Of a stretch of 64,000 nt of DNA, positions 59,567 through 64,000 are shown piece by piece (the first letter of the stretch is position 1; each line of letters begins with the position of its first letter). The notes under the pieces were generated by a model. That model saw nothing but the letters and a program-made list of their open reading frames with translations. It was not told the origin of the DNA and made no database searches. Source of the DNA: Armatimonadota bacterium (GTDB lineage: Bacteria > Sysuimicrobiota > Sysuimicrobiia > Sysuimicrobiales > Humicultoraceae); NCBI GenBank assembly GCA_037443365.1, contig JBBIOM010000004.1, positions 4,352 through 68,351 on the forward strand, in the 5' to 3' direction. The translations under genes were made by a program, and so were the position numbers.

Positions 59567-61254
59567 GCCGGATTCGTGTGCTGGAGAGATCGGTCGCCGA
59601 GCGGATCGCAGCGGGTGAGGTGATTGAGCGGCCGGCCTCGGTCGTCAAGGAACTGGTGGAGAACAGCCTGGATGCGCGGGCCGGCACGATCACGGTGGAG
59701 ATCGAGGGCGCGGGCCTCCGTCTGATCCGCGTGACAGACGACGGTGAGGGGATCCCTTCCGACCAGGCGGGCCTTGCGTTCGAGCGATTCGCCACCAGCA
59801 AGATCACAGGCGTTGAGGATCTGGAGCGCGTAACGAGCCACGGTTTCAGGGGCGAGGCCCTCCCCAGCATCGCGGCGGTCTCACGCGTGACGCTGACGAC
59901 CCGCACGCATGACGCTCCCAGCGCGGTGCGCGTAACGATCGCCGGGGGCGAACTCCTCGCAGCCGGCGCGCAGGGCGCGCCGGTCGGCACAGCGGTCGAG
60001 GTGGTCTCGCTGTTCTACAACACCCCGGCCCGCATGAAGTTCCTGCGCTCTCCCGCGCGCGAGGGGGCGCTTGTCGCCGAGGCACTGCAGCACGCGGGGA
60101 TGGCGCACCCGGAGGTGTCGTTCCGGCTCGTGGCGGACGGCCGCGAGGCCGCGTGGTGGCCGCGCGCGGAGGCCGCCGAACGCGTGGCAGAACTGATGGC
60201 AGCCGGCAGCCTCGAGGAGTTGATCCTGGCCCGGGGCACCGTGCCCGGGGGCGCCTTCCGCGCGTGGCTGGCTCGCCCTGAGCGGGGTCGGCCCAACCGG
60301 GCCGGCCAGCACCTGTTCGTCAACCGGCGTCCTGTAAGCAGCGCCATGCTGCGGAAGGCCGTGGAAGTGGGCTACGCGCAGCTGATGCCTGTCGGCCGGT
60401 TCCCGGCCTTTGCGCTCTTCTTGGAGATGGATCCCGCGGCGTTGGACGTCAACGTTCACCCCCGCAAGATGGAGGTGAGGTTCAGGGACGAGCCTCGCCT
60501 GTTCGGCGCCGTGGCGCATGGCATCCGGGAAGCGCTGCTCGCCAGCCCGCTGATTCGAAGCGCGCCTCTGCCAGCCCCGTCAGGGCCGCCCGTTGGCGTC
60601 GAGGTCCGCGCGCTGCTGCCAGAGGCATGGGAGGCCGCGGCGCGCGAGACCGCCGCGACCTACGCTCCAGGCACATACCGGCGCCTGCCCGCGCTGCACC
60701 CGATCGGGCAGCTGCTGGGCACCTACATACTGGCCGAGGGAGAGGCCGGCCTCTACCTGATTGACCAGCACGCCGCGCACGAACGCGTCCTCTACGAGCG
60801 CCTCATCGCAGCCCGCCGCGCCGGCACCGTCGCAAGCCAGGGTCTGGTGGTGCCGCTGACCGTGGAGCTCGCTCCAGCGCAGATGGCACTGCTGGCCGGT
60901 TACACCGAGCGTCTCGCCGAGATGGGATTCCAGGTCGAGCCGTTCGGCGCCAGGACCGCGATCCTTCGGGCGGCACCCGCAGGGCTCCCGGGCGAGGGAG
61001 GCACGCACCTCCTGCTGCGCGCGCTCTCAGGCCTCGAGGACGCCAGGGAGGGGGAGGACCCCTCGGAGAGGATAGCCATCGCCGCGGCCTGCCACAGCGC
61101 GATCCGCGCCGGCGACCGCCTGTCTCCGGTGGCGATTTCGACGTTGCTCGCCGACCTCTGCGCGGCCGAGGATCCCTACACGTGCTTCCACGGCCGCCCC
61201 ACGATCATCGCGCTGCCCCGCGAGCAGATCGAAAGATGGTTCCTGCGGGGGTAG
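59563..61254 (+). CDS. mutL: DNA mismatch repair protein MutL
   Basis: RIAAGEVIERPASVVKELVENSLDA, DDGEGI, FRGEAL, and a C-terminal dimerisation/endonuclease region with DQHAAHERVLYE and CHSAIRAGD. ATGA overlap with mutS. Confidence 0.95.
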   Translation: MSRIRVLERSVAERIAAGEVIERPASVVKELVENSLDARAGTITVEIEGAGLRLIRVTDDGEGIPSDQAGLAFERFATSKITGVEDLERVTSHGFRGEALPSIAAVSRVTLTTRTHDAPSAVRVTIAGGELLAAGAQGAPVGTAVEVVSLFYNTPARMKFLRSPAREGALVAEALQHAGMAHPEVSFRLVADGREAAWWPRAEAAERVAELMAAGSLEELILARGTVPGGAFRAWLARPERGRPNRAGQHLFVNRRPVSSAMLRKAVEVGYAQLMPVGRFPAFALFLEMDPAALDVNVHPRKMEVRFRDEPRLFGAVAHGIREALLASPLIRSAPLPAPSGPPVGVEVRALLPEAWEAAARETAATYAPGTYRRLPALHPIGQLLGTYILAEGEAGLYLIDQHAAHERVLYERLIAARRAGTVASQGLVVPLTVELAPAQMALLAGYTERLAEMGFQVEPFGARTAILRAAPAGLPGEGGTHLLLRALSGLEDAREGEDPSERIAIAAACHSAIRAGDRLSPVAISTLLADLCAAEDPYTCFHGRPTIIALPREQIERWFLRG

Positions 61255-62201
61255 ACGCCCTCGATCGCCTTGCCGTGCTGTGCGGCCCCACCGCGGTGGG
61301 CAAGACCGCGGTGAGCGTCGCGCTGGCCGAGCGCCTGGATGCCGAGGTGATCGCGGCCGATTCCCGCACCGTCTACCGGGGGGCCGACATCGGCACGGCC
61401 AAGCCGACCCCGGATGATCGCCGGCGTGTACGGCACCACCTGCTCGACGTCGTGGATCCGAAGGAGGCGTTCACCCTGGCCGACTACCAGCGCCTGGCTT
61501 ACCAGGCGCTGGTCGAGATCCGCGGGCGAGGACGCCTGCCACTCCTGGTCGGGGGGGCAGGGCTCTACATCCGCGCGGTTGTGGACGGGTTCTCCCTCCC
61601 GCCGGTACCTCCGGACCACGCACTGCGCGCGGGGCTGGAGGCCGACGAACGAGTGCACGGTCCCGGGCACCTGCACGCGCGCCTCGCCGCCCTTGATCCG
61701 GTCGCGGCCTCCCGCCTTCACCCGCGCAACCTGCGCCGCATCATCCGCGCGCTCGAGGTCGTGCTGCGCACCGGCCGCCCGATCTCGGAACAGCAGCGGC
61801 AGGACGGGGTTCGCCCCGGCGCCCTCTCGATGGTGGGGCTCACGATGGAGCGTGGTGTGCTCTATCGCAGGATCGACGCGCGCGTCGAGGCGCAGATGGC
61901 TTGCGGGCTGGAGGAGGAGACCCGGCGCCTCTTGGAGCAGGGAGTACCCCTGACCTCTTCGCTCATGCGGTCGCTCGGGTACCGCGAGATGGCCGCCCGT
62001 CTCGCGGGCGCCTGCGACACCGCACATGCCGTCCGGCTCCTGAAGCGCAACACCCGCCGCTACGCCAAGCGGCAGCTCACCTGGTTTGGGCGCGACGCAA
62101 GGATCCAGTGGGTGGATTCAACAGGTCTTCCGCCCTGGCACTTGGCCGAGCGCGTGCATGGTATCATGATCTCAACACTTCGTGCAGGCAGGGAGGCGTG
62201 A
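61236..62201 (+). CDS. miaA: tRNA dimethylallyltransferase
   Basis: P-loop LCGPTAVGKTAVSV, DSRTVYRGADIGTAKP, and RRYAKRQLTWF. Confidence 0.9.
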   Translation: MVPAGVDALDRLAVLCGPTAVGKTAVSVALAERLDAEVIAADSRTVYRGADIGTAKPTPDDRRRVRHHLLDVVDPKEAFTLADYQRLAYQALVEIRGRGRLPLLVGGAGLYIRAVVDGFSLPPVPPDHALRAGLEADERVHGPGHLHARLAALDPVAASRLHPRNLRRIIRALEVVLRTGRPISEQQRQDGVRPGALSMVGLTMERGVLYRRIDARVEAQMACGLEEETRRLLEQGVPLTSSLMRSLGYREMAARLAGACDTAHAVRLLKRNTRRYAKRQLTWFGRDARIQWVDSTGLPPWHLAERVHGIMISTLRAGREA

Positions 62202-63358
62202 TGCGGTCAGCGCGAGTCCAGCGAATCGGCGCTTACATGTTCGCCGACCTCGATCGCAGGCAGGCGGAGTTGCAGGCCAGGGGGGTGGACGTCATCAATC
62301 TCGGCGTGGGCGATCCCGATCTGCCCACCCCGTCCCACATAGTCCGCGCGCTCGAGGAAGGCGCGCGGGATCCGGTCACCCACCGATACCCGCCGTACCG
62401 CGGAGCGGCGCAGTTGCTGCGCGCGGCGGCCGACTGGATGGGTGCGCGGTTCGGGGTGAAGGTGGATCCCGAGCGCGAGGTCCTGGTGCTCATCGGCTCG
62501 AAGGAGGGCCTGGCGCACCTGCCCTGGGCGGTGATGAACCCCGGGGAGGTCGCACTGGTACCTGACCCGGGGTACCCGATCTACCGCTCCTCGGTGATCC
62601 TGGCCGAGGGGGAGCCGGTAGCGGTGCCGCTGGAGGCCGGCCAGGGGTTCCTGCCCGACTTCGGGCGCATCCCCGGGCACGTCCTGGCACGCGCGCGGCT
62701 GCTCTTCCTCAACTATCCCAACAACCCCACGGGCGCAACCGCAGACCTAGAGTTCTTCGCGCGCGCAGTCGAGTTCGCGCGGGCCCACAGGCTGCTCGTC
62801 GTGCACGACAACTCCTACTGCGAGATCGCCTACGACGGCTACAGGCCCCCGAGCATCCTGCAGGTGGACGGTGCACGCGAAGTGGCGGTAGAGATGTACT
62901 CGCTGTCCAAGTCGTTCAACATGACCGGGTGGCGTGTTGGGTTCGCGGTCGGGAACTCCGAGGCGGTGGACTCCCTGGGCATGCTCAAGACCAACGTGGA
63001 CTCCGGGGTCTTCCAAGCCGTGCAGCATGCCGCGGTGGCTGCGCTCAACGGACCGCAGGACGTGATCGAGCCCACGCTCGCGACCTATCGCGCGCGCAGG
63101 GATCGGCTCGTCGCGGCCCTGCGCGCGGTCGGGTGGTCGCCGCCAGTGCCCAGGGCGACGCTGTACGTCTGGATGCCGACCCCAGGCGGCGTCCCGTCCG
63201 CGGACTTCGCCGCCGAGGTCCTGGAGCGTACCGGCGTGGTGATCACCCCCGGAAGCGGATACGGCGCTTGCGGCGAGGGGTATGTGCGCCTCTCGCTCAC
63301 CACCCCGGACAAACGGCTGGATGAGGCGCTTGGGCGCATTCGGAAGGCCTATGGATAG
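62201..63358 (+). CDS. dapL: class I/II PLP aminotransferase, LL-diaminopimelate aminotransferase-like
   Basis: YMFADLD...INLGVGDPDLPTP, GSKEGLAH, NYPNNPTGA, SLSKSFNMTGWRVGF, KTNVDSGVF. The pattern matches the direct DAP aminotransferase family as I remember it. TGATG overlap with miaA. Confidence 0.65.
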   Translation: MRSARVQRIGAYMFADLDRRQAELQARGVDVINLGVGDPDLPTPSHIVRALEEGARDPVTHRYPPYRGAAQLLRAAADWMGARFGVKVDPEREVLVLIGSKEGLAHLPWAVMNPGEVALVPDPGYPIYRSSVILAEGEPVAVPLEAGQGFLPDFGRIPGHVLARARLLFLNYPNNPTGATADLEFFARAVEFARAHRLLVVHDNSYCEIAYDGYRPPSILQVDGAREVAVEMYSLSKSFNMTGWRVGFAVGNSEAVDSLGMLKTNVDSGVFQAVQHAAVAALNGPQDVIEPTLATYRARRDRLVAALRAVGWSPPVPRATLYVWMPTPGGVPSADFAAEVLERTGVVITPGSGYGACGEGYVRLSLTTPDKRLDEALGRIRKAYG

Positions 63359-63436
63359 GCCGCAGCAGGTGAGGGGGTCGGGATAATCGCCGGCATCTGG
63401 GGACTGCCTCGCAGCGCGTCGCCGACCCACCGCCGG

Positions 63437-64000
63437 ATGCTGGAGGCACTCACAAGGCGCAGAGCACCGGTGAACCGCCTGGCCGGCGCAGATGTCGTCG
63501 AGATCCTCGCGCACCTGGCCCACGCGATGCGCCGCGAGGTGGGCGTGCTCCTGGACCGCAACGGCGCGGTGGCGCACGGGATCGTAAGCCGGCGCTGGCA
63601 GCCCCTCGCCGAGGAGATGGCCCGGCAGGCAGGGGAGCGCCGGGCCTTGCTGCGGTACGTTGAGGCGCACCCTCACTCCGACGGCCGGCCCGACGAGGGC
63701 GACGCCCAGGCCCTGGAGCGTCTCGGGCTGGATCTGGTGGTCACGGTGGGAACCAGCCGCGGCCGCCCGACCGGCTTCTGGCTCCTCGAGCACGCCCGCG
63801 CCGGAACTGCCCAGGGCCGCGCCGCGACGAGCGTGGGCGGTCCATACGCGCTCGACTTGCTCGACGAGATGGAGCTGGGGCCGCTCGTACGCGCGGCCGA
63901 CGCCGCCCGACGGCGGTCCGGCGCGCGCCCGACGACCGCCGCGCGTCCGGAGCGCGCGGTCCTGATCGCCCTCGACCGTTCAGGCGACGCGGCCGCCTCG
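63437..64000 (+). CDS. hflX: probable GTPase HflX, N-terminal part (runs off the right edge)
   Basis: My own translation of an open frame not in the track: MLEALTRR...EVGVLLDRNGAVAHGIV...ERAVLIALD. This resembles the extended N-terminus plus the start of the HflX N-domain. The G domain is not in the window, so the call is tentative. Confidence 0.4.
   Translation, partial: MLEALTRRRAPVNRLAGADVVEILAHLAHAMRREVGVLLDRNGAVAHGIVSRRWQPLAEEMARQAGERRALLRYVEAHPHSDGRPDEGDAQALERLGLDLVVTVGTSRGRPTGFWLLEHARAGTAQGRAATSVGGPYALDLLDEMELGPLVRAADAARRRSGARPTTAARPERAVLIALDRSGDAAAS

Overview
Very GC-rich bacterial chromosome segment, judged by eye; no statistics were computed. Nearly all genes are on the + strand and tightly packed, and many stop/start codons overlap (ATGA, GTGA, TGATG). 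The backbone is housekeeping, in a Bacillus/Clostridia-like order: rarA, mnmA and cca; then rimP-nusA-ylxR-infB-DUF503-rbfA-nrnA-truB-ribF, rpsO and pnp; then an M16 peptidase, dapB-asd-dapA, uppP, ftsK and a BMP-type ABC importer; then cinA-thpR-recA-recX, a helicase-nuclease, rmuC, rny and ymdB; and at the right end mutS-mutL-miaA, a dapL-like aminotransferase and hflX. The sporulation genes that sit in this order in Bacillus are missing. The most interesting part is 44.3-56.3 kb. It holds selA, selB and a tRNA-Sec (anticodon UCA), then a NarX/NarL-type two-component system, then a PsrABC/PhsABC-type molybdopterin oxidoreductase operon with an exported rhodanese. The ORF track splits the catalytic subunit into two ORFs, but they share one reading frame and are joined by a single TGA at 53072-53074. 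A GC-rich hairpin starts 11 nt after that TGA, spaced like a bacterial SECIS. I read this as a Tat-exported selenoprotein. The Sec lies at codon 393, far from the expected Mo-ligand position, where a Cys is present (codon 178). I do not recognise this arrangement as a described selenoprotein type. Secondary items are an orphan ParA with an overlapping Cys-rich small ORF, a single-chain UvrD-type helicase fused to a Cas4/AddB-like Fe-S nuclease and coupled to recA-recX-rmuC behind an SOS box, a terminator in the rimP-nusA leader region, and several uncharacterised exported proteins. All calls rest on motif recognition by eye and hand folding; no database search or covariance model was run. Many long alternate-frame ORFs in the track are GC artefacts and were ignored.
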